A DNA stretch of 51,766 bases, taken from Candidatus Nanopelagicaceae bacterium (GTDB lineage Bacteria; Actinomycetota; Actinomycetes; Nanopelagicales; Nanopelagicaceae). The notes below the pieces were generated by a model. That model was not told the origin of the DNA. It worked only from the letters and a program-made list of their open reading frames with translations, and ran no database searches. A program made the position numbers and the translations under genes. Of this stretch, positions 18,208-28,208 are shown in pieces (position 1 is the stretch's first letter; each line of letters begins with the position of its first letter). The stretch covers positions 1-51,766 of the forward strand of contig CAWURN010000004.1 in assembly GCA_963924835.1 (NCBI GenBank). The letters run 5' to 3'.

Positions 18208-19073
18208 AAGATAACAAAGTTTTCTCCGCAGTAATTTTAACGGTGGTCGCTGCTATTTGGGGAAGCGCTTTTCTTTCGATGAAGGGAACTTTAGAGCGCC
18301 TGGATGTAAATTCATTCCTAGCCTGGCGATTTACTATTGCCACGCTTTTTCTAATTTTAATCCGCCCTTCGGTTCTCAAGAAAATTGATCTGCCTTTCCT
18401 GAAGAAAGGCGCAATTCTTGGATCCTTCTTGAGCAGTGGCTACATCTTTCAATCATTTGGCTTAACACTCACAACCGTTTCAAATACCGGTTTCATTACA
18501 GGCTTATATGTAGTGCTAACTCCTGTTGTTGCCGCAGTTATTCTGCGCAAGAACATTACCTTGGTTGAGTGGTTTGCTGTTCTAGTAGCTACTGTTGGGC
18601 TCGCTCTACTCTCATTCAATGGTTTCAAATTTGGAATTGGTGAATTCTTAGTTCTTGTAAGCGCACTTCTCTTTGCCTTTCACATTGTTGGTCTTGGTGA
18701 ATGGTCAAAGGGTTTAGATACTTATGCGCTAACTGTTTTACAACTTGGAACCTGCGCATTAATTACCTTTATCGCCAGCCTTAAAAACGGTTTTTCCGCC
18801 CCCCCAGATTCTGGCGTTTGGTGGTCAATCATTTACACTGCACTCTTTGCAACCGCCCTTGCTTTCATTGTTCAAACTTGGGCGCAATCCTTTATCGCAC
18901 CATCGAGTGTTGCCGTTATCTTGGCAATGGAAGTTGTATTCGCCGCCGGTTTTGGAATTTGGCTGCTAAATGAGCCTGTAACTCTGCGAATTGCTCTGGG
19001 TGGCATACTTGTTATCGCCGCTATGTATCTAATTATTTTGCTGGATCAACGAAAAGAAAGTGCGAAATCATGA
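18204..19073 (+). CDS. EamA/DMT transporter
   Basis: IWGS, RF, ~10 TM segments, duplicated EamA halves. Confidence 0.88.
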   Translation: MKDNKVFSAVILTVVAAIWGSAFLSMKGTLERLDVNSFLAWRFTIATLFLILIRPSVLKKIDLPFLKKGAILGSFLSSGYIFQSFGLTLTTVSNTGFITGLYVVLTPVVAAVILRKNITLVEWFAVLVATVGLALLSFNGFKFGIGEFLVLVSALLFAFHIVGLGEWSKGLDTYALTVLQLGTCALITFIASLKNGFSAPPDSGVWWSIIYTALFATALAFIVQTWAQSFIAPSSVAVILAMEVVFAAGFGIWLLNEPVTLRIALGGILVIAAMYLIILLDQRKESAKS

Positions 19074-20122
19074 GCAAGTTAGCCGACTTTAGATCTGACA
19101 CAGTAACAAAACCATCACAAGCGATGATCGAAGCGATGGCAGCCGCCCAAGTTGGCGATGATGTTTATAGTGATGATCCAACTGTAAATGCCCTTGAAGA
19201 ACGAGTGGCTCAAATGTTCGGTAAGGAAGCAGCCCTCTTTGCGCCTTCAGGTTCTCTCACTAATCAACTTGCAATTAGATCCTTAGTTAAACCAGGAGAA
19301 GAACTTTTAACTGAACTAACTTCACATATTGTGCGAGCCGAACTTGGTGCAGGTGCAACATTTAGTGGAATTACAACTCGTACTTGGGAAGGCCATCGCG
19401 GATCTTTCAAAGCTAGTGAAGTAATGCGAATTGCATCACCAGATGCTGGGCCCTATTTGGTTTCAACAAAAGCTATCGCTATTGAAAACACCCATAACTT
19501 TGGTGGTGGCTTCGTTCAATCATTTTCCGAGATCCAAGAACTTCGCAAAGCAAGTTCTGAAGTAGGAATCAATATGCACCTTGATGGTGCCCGAATATGG
19601 AATGCTCATATTGCTAGTGGAATCGCACTTAAAGACTTTGGTTCGCAATTCGACACCATTAGCGTCTGCTTCTCCAAAGGCCTAGGAGCTCCAGTTGGTT
19701 CAGCAATTCTTTCAACTAAAGATCGTATTGCTGATTCGCGAATCTGGCGAAAGCGATATGGCGGCGGAATGCGTCAAGTTGGATTTCTGGCAGCGGCGGC
19801 AAATTATGCCTTAGACAATAATATTTCCCGCTTAAAAGACGATCATGTTAATGCCAAAAAGATTGCTATTGCGTGTGCAGAAATTTCACCAGATTTAATT
19901 GATGCGGCAGGTGTTGAAACTAATATCGTTGCCCTAGATTTATCTGGATTAAATATCACAGCAAATGATTTGAATAATCAATTGAAGGAAGCTGGAATTC
20001 TGGCTAGTGCACTTGGACCAAAGTTCTTAAGAGTTGTTACACATCTAGACATAACAGATTCAGATATGGAAAAAATTCTTGATGTCCTACCGAAGTTACT
20101 TAAGCGCGCCCTCGTGGCGTAA
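19070..20122 (+). CDS. ltaE: Low-specificity L-threonine aldolase
   Basis: DFRSDTVT, VGDDVY, ENTHN, HLDGARIWNA and FSKGLGAPVG (PLP lysine). Confidence 0.92.
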   Translation: MSKLADFRSDTVTKPSQAMIEAMAAAQVGDDVYSDDPTVNALEERVAQMFGKEAALFAPSGSLTNQLAIRSLVKPGEELLTELTSHIVRAELGAGATFSGITTRTWEGHRGSFKASEVMRIASPDAGPYLVSTKAIAIENTHNFGGGFVQSFSEIQELRKASSEVGINMHLDGARIWNAHIASGIALKDFGSQFDTISVCFSKGLGAPVGSAILSTKDRIADSRIWRKRYGGGMRQVGFLAAAANYALDNNISRLKDDHVNAKKIAIACAEISPDLIDAAGVETNIVALDLSGLNITANDLNNQLKEAGILASALGPKFLRVVTHLDITDSDMEKILDVLPKLLKRALVA

Positions 20123-20590
20123 GAGCCAATCTTTTACATCTAATCCATAACCATAATTACCTAAGGCGCCACCTGTCTTTACAACTCTGTGGCAAGGAAC
20201 AATTGGCGCAATTAAATTTCTAGCGCATGCAGTTCCAGCAGCACGGACCGCATTTGGTGAACCCGCTCTTCCTGCTAAATCTGAATAAGACCAAGTTTTA
20301 CCGGCAGGAATCTTTCGCATTGCCTTCCAAACTTCTTGCGAAAATTCGGCCCCAGGTTGTCTTACTTTTATGCCACCTAACGCGGGCAGATCACCCTCGA
20401 AATAATCTTTAATTAATTCACTAATTATTGGAATACTTTTAAGGCTTTTGACCTCGCGTTTTTGATCCGCAATATCCATTCTTGTAAAGAGATCTTTGAA
20501 ATTCCTAAATCCAGCACCAAGTAAAATATGTTCATCACTCACAAGAAAAAGTTCGCCAATCGGAGTCTTATGAGTTGCTTGAAAGAGCAT
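20096..20590 (-). CDS. ogt: Methylated-DNA-protein-cysteine methyltransferase
   Basis: VRAAGTAC..N, PCHRV active site, LLRHE. Confidence 0.93.
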   Translation of the reverse strand: MLFQATHKTPIGELFLVSDEHILLGAGFRNFKDLFTRMDIADQKREVKSLKSIPIISELIKDYFEGDLPALGGIKVRQPGAEFSQEVWKAMRKIPAGKTWSYSDLAGRAGSPNAVRAAGTACARNLIAPIVPCHRVVKTGGALGNYGYGLDVKDWLLRHEGALK

Positions 20591-20621
20591 TCGATAAGGC
20601 TAATACGAATTCAAATAAAAA

Positions 20622-21965
20622 CTAGTGGTCGCGTAACATTTCTGCTACGAGGAACGCTAGTTCAAGTGATTGTGTGTGATTCAAGCGTGGATCACAGGCG
20701 CTCTCATATCGAGTTGCTAAGTCTGATTCCAAAATTTGTTCGCCGCCCCCAACGCACTCTGTAACGTCATCTCCAGTCAGCTCAATGTGAATTCCACCGG
20801 GATGTGTTCCAAGCGCCTTATGTACTTCAAAGAAACCACGGACTTCATCCAAAACATCATCAAACTTGCGGGTTTTATAGCCACTTGGGGCTTCATAGGT
20901 ATTTCCATGCATTGGATCGCAAACCCAGAGAACCTTCGCTCCAGATTCTGTCACTGCCTGAACTAAAGCAGGCAACTTCTCGCGAATTAGCGGAGCTCCC
21001 ATACGAGTAATAAATGTTAAGCGACCTGGTTCGTTGTCAGGATTTAATTTCTTGATTATTGCAAGTGCATCTTCAACAGTGCTCTTTGGCCCAAGTTTAA
21101 TTCCAATTGGGTTTTGAATTTTAGAAGCAAAGTCCATATGTGCGCCATCTAGCTGCCTGGTTCGCTCGCCAATCCAGACGAAGTGTGCAGAAACGTCGTA
21201 AGGCAGATCTGTTCGTGAATCGATACGAGTAAGTGCTTTCTCGTATTCAAGAATCAAAGCTTCGTGTGAAGAATAGAAATCAACAGTTTTGAATGCATCT
21301 GGATCGACACCAGCTGAAGCCATGAAATCTAATGAGCGACCAATTTCACTTGCCATTTGTTCGTAGCGTGCGCCGAAGCGTGGGTCTTTTGCAAAACCTT
21401 TATTCCATTCATGGACCCTGCGAATATCGGCAAATCCACCTTGGGTAAATGCTCGAACTAGATTGAGTGTCGAAGAAGATGTGTTGTAAACCTGAACTAA
21501 TCGTTGTGGATCTGGTGTGCGTGCTTCAAGGGTGAAAGCTAAATCATTTACCGCATCGCCGCGATAAGCAGGAAGTGTTACATCGCCACGAGTTTCGGTG
21601 TCGCTACTGCGGGGCTTAGCAAATTGACCAGCCATGCGCCCAACTTTAATTACCGGAAGACTTGCGAAATATTGTAGAACCGCTGCCATCTGCAAAATGG
21701 TTTTCATACGATTTCGAATTGAATCTGCAGTTGCTGCTTCAAAAGTTTCCGCGCAATCGCCACCTTGTAACCAGAACGCTTTACCTTCTTGCGCAATTGC
21801 TATGCGTTCCTTGAGACTGTCACATTCGCCAGCGAAAACTAATGGTGGCAACTTACGAAGTGTCTCAACTGCCTTTGTAACTTCAGGACCATTAACTCCA
21901 CCAGGCCACTGTGGTTGTTGCGCAGCCACTAGGCCCGGCGTAAAGAGCGAATCGATGTTCATCAT
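20622..21965 (-). CDS. aroG: Class II DAHP synthase
   Basis: LQGGDCAE, GRMAGQFAKPRS, WIGERTRQ, CDPMHGNT and CDPRLN motifs. Confidence 0.95.
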   Translation of the reverse strand: MMNIDSLFTPGLVAAQQPQWPGGVNGPEVTKAVETLRKLPPLVFAGECDSLKERIAIAQEGKAFWLQGGDCAETFEAATADSIRNRMKTILQMAAVLQYFASLPVIKVGRMAGQFAKPRSSDTETRGDVTLPAYRGDAVNDLAFTLEARTPDPQRLVQVYNTSSSTLNLVRAFTQGGFADIRRVHEWNKGFAKDPRFGARYEQMASEIGRSLDFMASAGVDPDAFKTVDFYSSHEALILEYEKALTRIDSRTDLPYDVSAHFVWIGERTRQLDGAHMDFASKIQNPIGIKLGPKSTVEDALAIIKKLNPDNEPGRLTFITRMGAPLIREKLPALVQAVTESGAKVLWVCDPMHGNTYEAPSGYKTRKFDDVLDEVRGFFEVHKALGTHPGGIHIELTGDDVTECVGGGEQILESDLATRYESACDPRLNHTQSLELAFLVAEMLRDH

Positions 21966-22016
21966 GTCCTTAATTTTAGTTAGTTGGGGGAAGTTGGTGC
22001 GACCTAATTAATCAAT

Positions 22017-23042
22017 TTATCCGAAGAAGACCTGAGCTTCAGCGTATAAATCAGGCGTTACTAACTTAAGTTGAGTAGTTGCAGAGGCCAACGGAACGCG
22101 CTCGATCTTGGTTCCGTGAAGTGCAACCATCTTGCCGAAGTCGCCTTCGTAAATTGCGGTGATTGCATGAAGTCCGAAGCGAGTAGCAAGCACCCGATCG
22201 AATGCAGTTGGTGAACCGCCACGTTGAATATGTCCGAGAACTGAAGTGCGTGCCTCTTTGCCAGTCTTCTCTTCAATCTGACCAGCAAGCCATTCGCCAA
22301 TTCCAGATAACTTCACATGCCCGAATGAATCCAGAGTCTGATCTTTAACAATCATGTCGCCATCTTGTGGAATGGCACCTTCAGCAATCACGATAATTGG
22401 AGCGTAAGAAGATTCGAAACGAGAGTTAACCCATTCGCAGACCTTGTCTACTGAGAACTTAACTTCTGGAATCAGAATGCAAGATGCGCCGCCAGCAATT
22501 CCGGCATGAAGTGCAATCCAACCAGCATGACGTCCCATAACTTCAACAATCAATGCGCGGTGATGTGACTCTGCAGTTGTGTGAAGACGATCAATTGCTT
22601 CAACCGCAATATTTACTGAGGTATCGAAACCAAATGTGTAATCAGTATTATTTAAATCGTTATCAATAGTCTTTGGCACGCCAACAACTTTTACGCCCAG
22701 TGAATCAAGTTTTGTAGCAACTCCTAGAGTGTCTTCGCCACCAATCGCAACGAGTGCATCCACATTCATCTTTGCAAGATTCTCTTTAATTCGTTCGACG
22801 CCATTTTCAATCTTGAATGGGTTAGTTCGGGATGAACCAAGAATTGTTCCGCCGCGAGGCAAAATGCCACGTGTCGTTTTTAGATCCAAAGGCATTGTTA
22901 AACCTTCCAGTGGACCCTTCCAACCATCGCGAAATCCAACAAACTCATAGCCATACTCTTTTACGCCCTTGCGAACTACTGCACGAATAACAGCATTTAA
23001 TCCTGGGCAATCTCCGCCACCTGTTAGGACACCAATACGCAT
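22017..23042 (-). CDS. pfkA: 6-phosphofructokinase, probably PPi-dependent (group III)
   Basis: Start MRIGVLTGGGDCPG at 23042 with SD GGAG; GGEDT, PKTIDND and EVMGRHAGW motifs. Confidence 0.9.
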   Translation of the reverse strand: MRIGVLTGGGDCPGLNAVIRAVVRKGVKEYGYEFVGFRDGWKGPLEGLTMPLDLKTTRGILPRGGTILGSSRTNPFKIENGVERIKENLAKMNVDALVAIGGEDTLGVATKLDSLGVKVVGVPKTIDNDLNNTDYTFGFDTSVNIAVEAIDRLHTTAESHHRALIVEVMGRHAGWIALHAGIAGGASCILIPEVKFSVDKVCEWVNSRFESSYAPIIVIAEGAIPQDGDMIVKDQTLDSFGHVKLSGIGEWLAGQIEEKTGKEARTSVLGHIQRGGSPTAFDRVLATRFGLHAITAIYEGDFGKMVALHGTKIERVPLASATTQLKLVTPDLYAEAQVFFG

Positions 23043-23176
23043 CTTTACTCCCGATTTAATAATTAATAGCACTAGAAAACTATTTGGGCTGGTCAACTTT
23101 GACTGTCGAAGTCTACCCTCCGCAAAGTGATGGTTAAATCATCCCCTAGAGTCTTGAGCGAAAGTCTGGAGCGAAA

Positions 23177-24577
23177 ATGCAATTAGTGGCTGGTATCGAC
23201 ACCTCAACACAATCGGTCAAGGTTGTAATTCGCGACGCTCAAAGTGGTCAAGTTATTCGCGAAGGCCGTGCCCCGCACCCTGACGGCAGTGAAGTTGATC
23301 CTGCAAAGTGGTGGAGTGCCACAGAAGATGCAATCAAGATGGCTGGTGGCTTGGATGATGTTTCTGCAATTGCAGTTGCGGGTCAGCAACACGGAATGGT
23401 TGCGTTAGATAAAAATGGCAAAGTCATTCGTGCTGCTCTGCTTTGGAATGACACCAGATCTGCTACTGAAGCAACTGAATTGAATAATGAAATGGGTGGT
23501 GGCGCAGGAATTGCTAACGCAGTTGGTTCGGCTCTCGTCGCTTCATTCACCGCAAGTAAAGTTCGTTGGTTAGCGAAGAATGAGAAAGCCAATGCCGACA
23601 GAGTTGCTGCAATAGCTCTCCCTCATGATTGGATTTCTTGGAAAATTTCTGGAAGTCAATCAATTTCTGATTTGTTTACCGATCGCGGTGATGCAAGTGG
23701 TACCGGCTATTTTGACAGTGTAAAAAATGAATACCGAAAAGATATCTTTGCAAAAGCTATTGGCTCAGACCGCGAAATTACCTTTCCACGAATTGTTGAA
23801 CCAAAAACTTTTGCAACAAAGACTAAAACTGGAATTCCAATTGCAGCAGGGACTGGAGATAACGCAGCTGCAGCAATCGGTGTTGGTGCACAACCAGGTG
23901 ATGTCGTCGTATCGCTCGGAACAAGTGGCACAGCATTCGCAGTATCGAAAACTCCAACACATGATGCAAGTGGTGAGGTTGCTGGTTTTGCCGATGGCAC
24001 TGGATATTTCTTGCCGCTAGTTTGCACGCTAAATGCTGCAAGAATTTTGGATGCAGCAACTCGAATTCTTGGCGTTACTCATGAAGAACTTGGCGAGCTT
24101 GCACTCAAAGCCGAAGCCGGTGCAAATGGCCTAACACTTCTCCCCTATTTTGAAGGCGAACGCACACCTAATCGCCCTGATGCAACAGGTGTTTTTTCTG
24201 GAATGAATTTAGGAAATTCAAACCGTGAAGATTTTGCTCGAGCAATGATCGAAGGCATGTTGTGTGGAATGGCAGATGCTGTAGCTTCTCTAGAAAAATT
24301 AGGAGTTGAAGTTAAGCGAATTCTTATTGTTGGTGGTGCTGCAAAGAATCCTGCGGTTGGAAAAATTGCATCTGCAATCTTTGGTCGTGAAGTAATAATT
24401 CCACCACCTGGTGAATATGTTGCAATAGGTGCTGCAAAACTTGCAGCTTGGGCGCTACTTGGAACCGAACGTCCACCGGAATGGAATTTAGGTGACGTTA
24501 CAAGTATTAAAGAAGTTGCGACACCAGAAGTTTTAATTAAGTATCGCAAACTGCGCGATCAAACCCAAGGTTGGTAA
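23177..24577 (+). CDS. xylB: Xylulokinase (FGGY family)
   Basis: GIDTSTQSVK, GQQHG, LWNDTRS, DASGTG, GDNAA, SLGTSG and GERTP motifs. Confidence 0.88.
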   Translation: MQLVAGIDTSTQSVKVVIRDAQSGQVIREGRAPHPDGSEVDPAKWWSATEDAIKMAGGLDDVSAIAVAGQQHGMVALDKNGKVIRAALLWNDTRSATEATELNNEMGGGAGIANAVGSALVASFTASKVRWLAKNEKANADRVAAIALPHDWISWKISGSQSISDLFTDRGDASGTGYFDSVKNEYRKDIFAKAIGSDREITFPRIVEPKTFATKTKTGIPIAAGTGDNAAAAIGVGAQPGDVVVSLGTSGTAFAVSKTPTHDASGEVAGFADGTGYFLPLVCTLNAARILDAATRILGVTHEELGELALKAEAGANGLTLLPYFEGERTPNRPDATGVFSGMNLGNSNREDFARAMIEGMLCGMADAVASLEKLGVEVKRILIVGGAAKNPAVGKIASAIFGREVIIPPPGEYVAIGAAKLAAWALLGTERPPEWNLGDVTSIKEVATPEVLIKYRKLRDQTQGW

Positions 24578-24580
24578 AAA

Positions 24581-25513
24581 ATGGGACTTAGGCCAGAACT
24601 AGTTGATTTTCTGCAGGCGCGTAGTGAAAGTGGTTTGCCCGAAGTTTGGCAGGCCCCAGTTGCAACGATTCGTAAAAACTTAGAGAACCGAGCAATTGCT
24701 TCGGGGAAACCAGAGAAAATATTTGAAGTAATACATCGCTATATTCCTGGACCAACCTCCGATTTACCAATTCGAATCTATCGTCCGATTAAAGGCGCAG
24801 TTCTACCCGCCCTTGTCTTCTTTCACGGCGGCGGTTGGGTACTAAATAATCTAGATAGTTACGAACAAGCAATGCGATCACTTGCAAATAAAGGTCAATT
24901 TGTTGTCATCGCTGTTAATTATCAGAAGGCACCTGAACTACCTTTTCCAATTCCATTCGATGATTGTTATTCAACTCTGCTTTGGGCTGCTGAAAATGCC
25001 GCGATGCTAGGAATCGAACCTTCGCAAATCGGTGTCGGAGGAGATAGTGCCGGTGGAAACTTGGCGGCAGGTGTTGCAATTAAGGCGCGAGACACTGGCG
25101 ATGTAAACCTGGCATTCCAATTACTTATTTATCCTTGCAATGACAATGAGATGAATTATGAATCTGCCTACAAAAATGGTGACGGATATGGTTTAAGCAC
25201 CAGGGCAATGAAATGGTTTTGGGAGCAGTATTTAGCAAAGAAGTCAGATGCAAAAAATCCATATGCGGTTCCAGTAGCTGCGAAAGATTTTAAGAATCTT
25301 GCACCAGCAATAGTTACAACTGCAGAATTTGATCCATTGTTAGATGATGGTTACATCTATGCCGAACTCTTACGTAAATCTGGCGTCCCAACTATTTATC
25401 GCGAATACGAGGGCGTAATTCATGGATATTTCACTTTGGCAGGCATAACGCCAGAGGCAGAAGTGCTGCATCGGCATGTAACTGATGAAATTAATGCACT
25501 TCTTGCTCGATAA
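24581..25513 (+). CDS. HSL-family alpha/beta hydrolase (esterase)
   Basis: HGGG oxyanion hole, GDSAG nucleophile, DPLLD and HGY. Confidence 0.9.
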   Translation: MGLRPELVDFLQARSESGLPEVWQAPVATIRKNLENRAIASGKPEKIFEVIHRYIPGPTSDLPIRIYRPIKGAVLPALVFFHGGGWVLNNLDSYEQAMRSLANKGQFVVIAVNYQKAPELPFPIPFDDCYSTLLWAAENAAMLGIEPSQIGVGGDSAGGNLAAGVAIKARDTGDVNLAFQLLIYPCNDNEMNYESAYKNGDGYGLSTRAMKWFWEQYLAKKSDAKNPYAVPVAAKDFKNLAPAIVTTAEFDPLLDDGYIYAELLRKSGVPTIYREYEGVIHGYFTLAGITPEAEVLHRHVTDEINALLAR

Positions 25514-25549
25514 TTATGTAATAAGAGAGTTTTAGGTGAAACTAACCCA

Positions 25550-26422
25550 ATGTCCAGACGTAATTGGTTTCTCTTCTTCTTTGTAGGTTTTATCTGGGGA
25601 ATTCCATATTTACTAATTAAAGTCGCAGTCGAAGATTTATCGCCACCCGTTATTGTCTTCGCAAGAGTTGTAATCGGCGCGGCAATCTTGATCCCAATCG
25701 CAATGAAACACGGATCCTTGATGCCGGCAATCAAAGCTTGGAAGTATGTAATTCCTTATGCAATCGGCGAAATGGTTGGACCTTGGTTCTTAATTACAGC
25801 AGCAGAGCAGAATATGACATCTGGGTTAACGGGTTTATTAGTTGCTACCGTCCCCATTTGGACAACGATTCTTGCCTCACTACATGGTGATAAAACCGTC
25901 TGGCAAGCCAAGAGATTGTTAGGAATTTTGGTGGGTTTTGTCGGAATCATTCTTGTTGTTGGAATCGAAAGTTTCTCCGGCCGACAATCAATCGTTGCAA
26001 TCGCAATGGTTCTAATCGCCTCAATTGGTTACTCCTGGGCGGTCACGATGATCACGACAAAAGTTCCACATATCGAACCCATTTCGATTAATGGTGTGGC
26101 AATGGTCTTTACTGCAATTGTTTACCTACCATTTGCTCTTATTTATGCACCGGATAAAGCACCTTCAGTAGAAGCGCTGGGCTCTGTTCTCGTTCTAGGT
26201 CTATTCCCTACTGCAATGGCATTTATTCTCTTCTTCCAATTGATAAAAGACATTGGAACTGCGCGAGGTTCACTAGTTACATATTTGAATACCGCATTCG
26301 CAGTAATTCTTGGAGTAATTATCCTAAGAGAGCCATTTACATTAGGTATCGCTCTTGGCTTGCCACTCGTTTTAATCGGCTCTTACTTTGCAAGCCGCAA
26401 GACTGCTACTTCCGATCAATAA
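25550..26422 (+). CDS. EamA/DMT transporter
   Basis: IWGIPY, FARV, VTYLN, ILREP; ~10 TM segments. Confidence 0.88.
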   Translation: MSRRNWFLFFFVGFIWGIPYLLIKVAVEDLSPPVIVFARVVIGAAILIPIAMKHGSLMPAIKAWKYVIPYAIGEMVGPWFLITAAEQNMTSGLTGLLVATVPIWTTILASLHGDKTVWQAKRLLGILVGFVGIILVVGIESFSGRQSIVAIAMVLIASIGYSWAVTMITTKVPHIEPISINGVAMVFTAIVYLPFALIYAPDKAPSVEALGSVLVLGLFPTAMAFILFFQLIKDIGTARGSLVTYLNTAFAVILGVIILREPFTLGIALGLPLVLIGSYFASRKTATSDQ

Positions 26423-27329
26423 ATCCTAGCTTTGTAAGTGCTTTGGCATCTCGCTGCCATTCCTTATTTACTTTTACATGCAGCCCTAGGAATATCTTGG
26501 CATCTAAGAAAGTTTCAACCGAACCTCTTGCTCGAATTCCAATGTCTTTTAACCGCAAACCTTGGGGTCCAATAACAATCGATTTCTGACTATCTCGCTC
26601 GACGTGAAGTGTTGCGTGGATATCGAAGAAGTCTTTTCCTTCACGTTTTGTCATCTCATCAATGGTCACAACAATCGAATGCGGAACTTCCTCATACAGA
26701 TTTTCAATAGCTGCTTCACGGATTAATTCAGTGATAGTCATTTCGGATGCTTGGTCGGTCGTAATATCTTCAGGATAAAGAGATGGTGAAATTGGAAGTT
26801 TTTCTGCCAATAAACTTAAAAGTAAATCTGTTTGATCTTCATTTTTTGCTGATATTGGAACTATCTCTGCAACGCTTAGACCCACTCTTGCAGCGAACTC
26901 CCCAACTTCAATCAACTTTGCAAGAAGAGTTTCTTGCTTGACGCTATCGGTTTTTGTAACCGCGATTAGAACCCGACGTTGATTCAAAACCTGTTTTGCA
27001 ATGTATTCATCACCAAAACCAATTTCTTCATCAGCTGGAAGACAGATTAGAACTGCGTCAACTGACGCTAAATTCTCGGAGACCATTAAATTCAGCCTTG
27101 ATCCAAGAAGTGTCTTTGGCTTATGAATGCCGGGAGTATCCACAACAATCATCTGGAAATCAGGTTTAGAGATAATTCCACGAATCGGATTTCGAGTTGT
27201 ATTCGGATGCTTTGATGTAATAACAATCTTGCGACCAACTAAAGCATTTACAAGAGTGGATTTGCCAACGTTTGGTCGCCCAATAATGGCGACGAAACCA
27301 GCTTTATGTTCAACACTCTCAACTGTCAT
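26406..27329 (-). CDS. era: GTPase Era
   Basis: GRPNVGKST, DTPG, TKTD, EEVPH and KH domain (IVIGPQG). Confidence 0.95.
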   Translation of the reverse strand: MTVESVEHKAGFVAIIGRPNVGKSTLVNALVGRKIVITSKHPNTTRNPIRGIISKPDFQMIVVDTPGIHKPKTLLGSRLNLMVSENLASVDAVLICLPADEEIGFGDEYIAKQVLNQRRVLIAVTKTDSVKQETLLAKLIEVGEFAARVGLSVAEIVPISAKNEDQTDLLLSLLAEKLPISPSLYPEDITTDQASEMTITELIREAAIENLYEEVPHSIVVTIDEMTKREGKDFFDIHATLHVERDSQKSIVIGPQGLRLKDIGIRARGSVETFLDAKIFLGLHVKVNKEWQRDAKALTKLGFIDRK

Positions 27330-27341
27330 GCCTTAATTCTC

Positions 27342-28208
27342 TCACTTAATGCTTATGGGCTTCACCAATTCCATAACTTCAGATACCGAAGAAACTAATT
27401 CTGCAACCCGTTCAATGATTAATCGATGGCAACCCTCGCTTGTTGGTGAATTAATCGGCCCAGGCACTGCCATCACGGGTCGGAAGATTTCTGCTGCATC
27501 ACGCGCAGTTCGAAGTGAACCACTTCTAAATGCAGCTTCAACAACGACTGTTGCCTTAGATAGCGCCGCTATTAATCGATTTCTAGTCAAGAAGCGATGT
27601 GGAATAGCGGGAACATCTGGCATTACTTCGGAGATTAATAATCCACTCTCACTTATTTCCGCAAACAACCTTTCGTGCGTAGCGGGATAATTTTTATTGA
27701 AGCCACCACCAAGAACTGCAACAGTGACACCCTCACCAACCAGACAACCTTTATGCGCCGCTGCATCAATTCCAATAGCGCCGCCACTTATAACTGCCCA
27801 TTCATGATCGGCAACACCCACTCCGAAATCACCAGCAATGCGTGCCCCGTATTGCGTTGGATTTCTAGTTCCAACAATCGAAATGGAATTAACTAAATTT
27901 GGTAAATATTCTCGTTGCCCTTTTACAAGAAGCGCAATGGGTGGCGCCGCTAAGTCGTTTAGCGAAACTGGCCAATCGGCATCTTCTGGGGTGAGAATAA
28001 AGGCACCGGCTTTTGTAATCTCCGAAATAACCTCTTCACCAGAACTTAGTTTTAGGCGTTCTGTAATTTTTCCTGCAACACTGTAATCGTTTGCAAGCAA
28101 GCGATCTCGAACTTCGACTGGCCCCAATTTCATTATCTCTTCACTCCATGATTCGGAGCCCCCCTCAATGGCTGCAAATAATTGGGCCCTTGCAATTAAA
28201 ACGCTCAT
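27342..28208 (-). CDS. dprA: DNA processing protein DprA/Smf
   Basis: IVGTR, ISGGAIGID, FLTRNRLIAALS, VVEAA.RSGSL and VPGPI motifs. Confidence 0.92.
   Translation of the reverse strand: MSVLIARAQLFAAIEGGSESWSEEIMKLGPVEVRDRLLANDYSVAGKITERLKLSSGEEVISEITKAGAFILTPEDADWPVSLNDLAAPPIALLVKGQREYLPNLVNSISIVGTRNPTQYGARIAGDFGVGVADHEWAVISGGAIGIDAAAHKGCLVGEGVTVAVLGGGFNKNYPATHERLFAEISESGLLISEVMPDVPAIPHRFLTRNRLIAALSKATVVVEAAFRSGSLRTARDAAEIFRPVMAVPGPINSPTSEGCHRLIIERVAELVSSVSEVMELVKPISIK

Noticed and set aside
9176-26422. Overlapping 3' ends of convergent genes (9176-9186, 20096-20122, 26406-26422)
   Set aside because: Ordinary genome compaction; all proteins appear complete.
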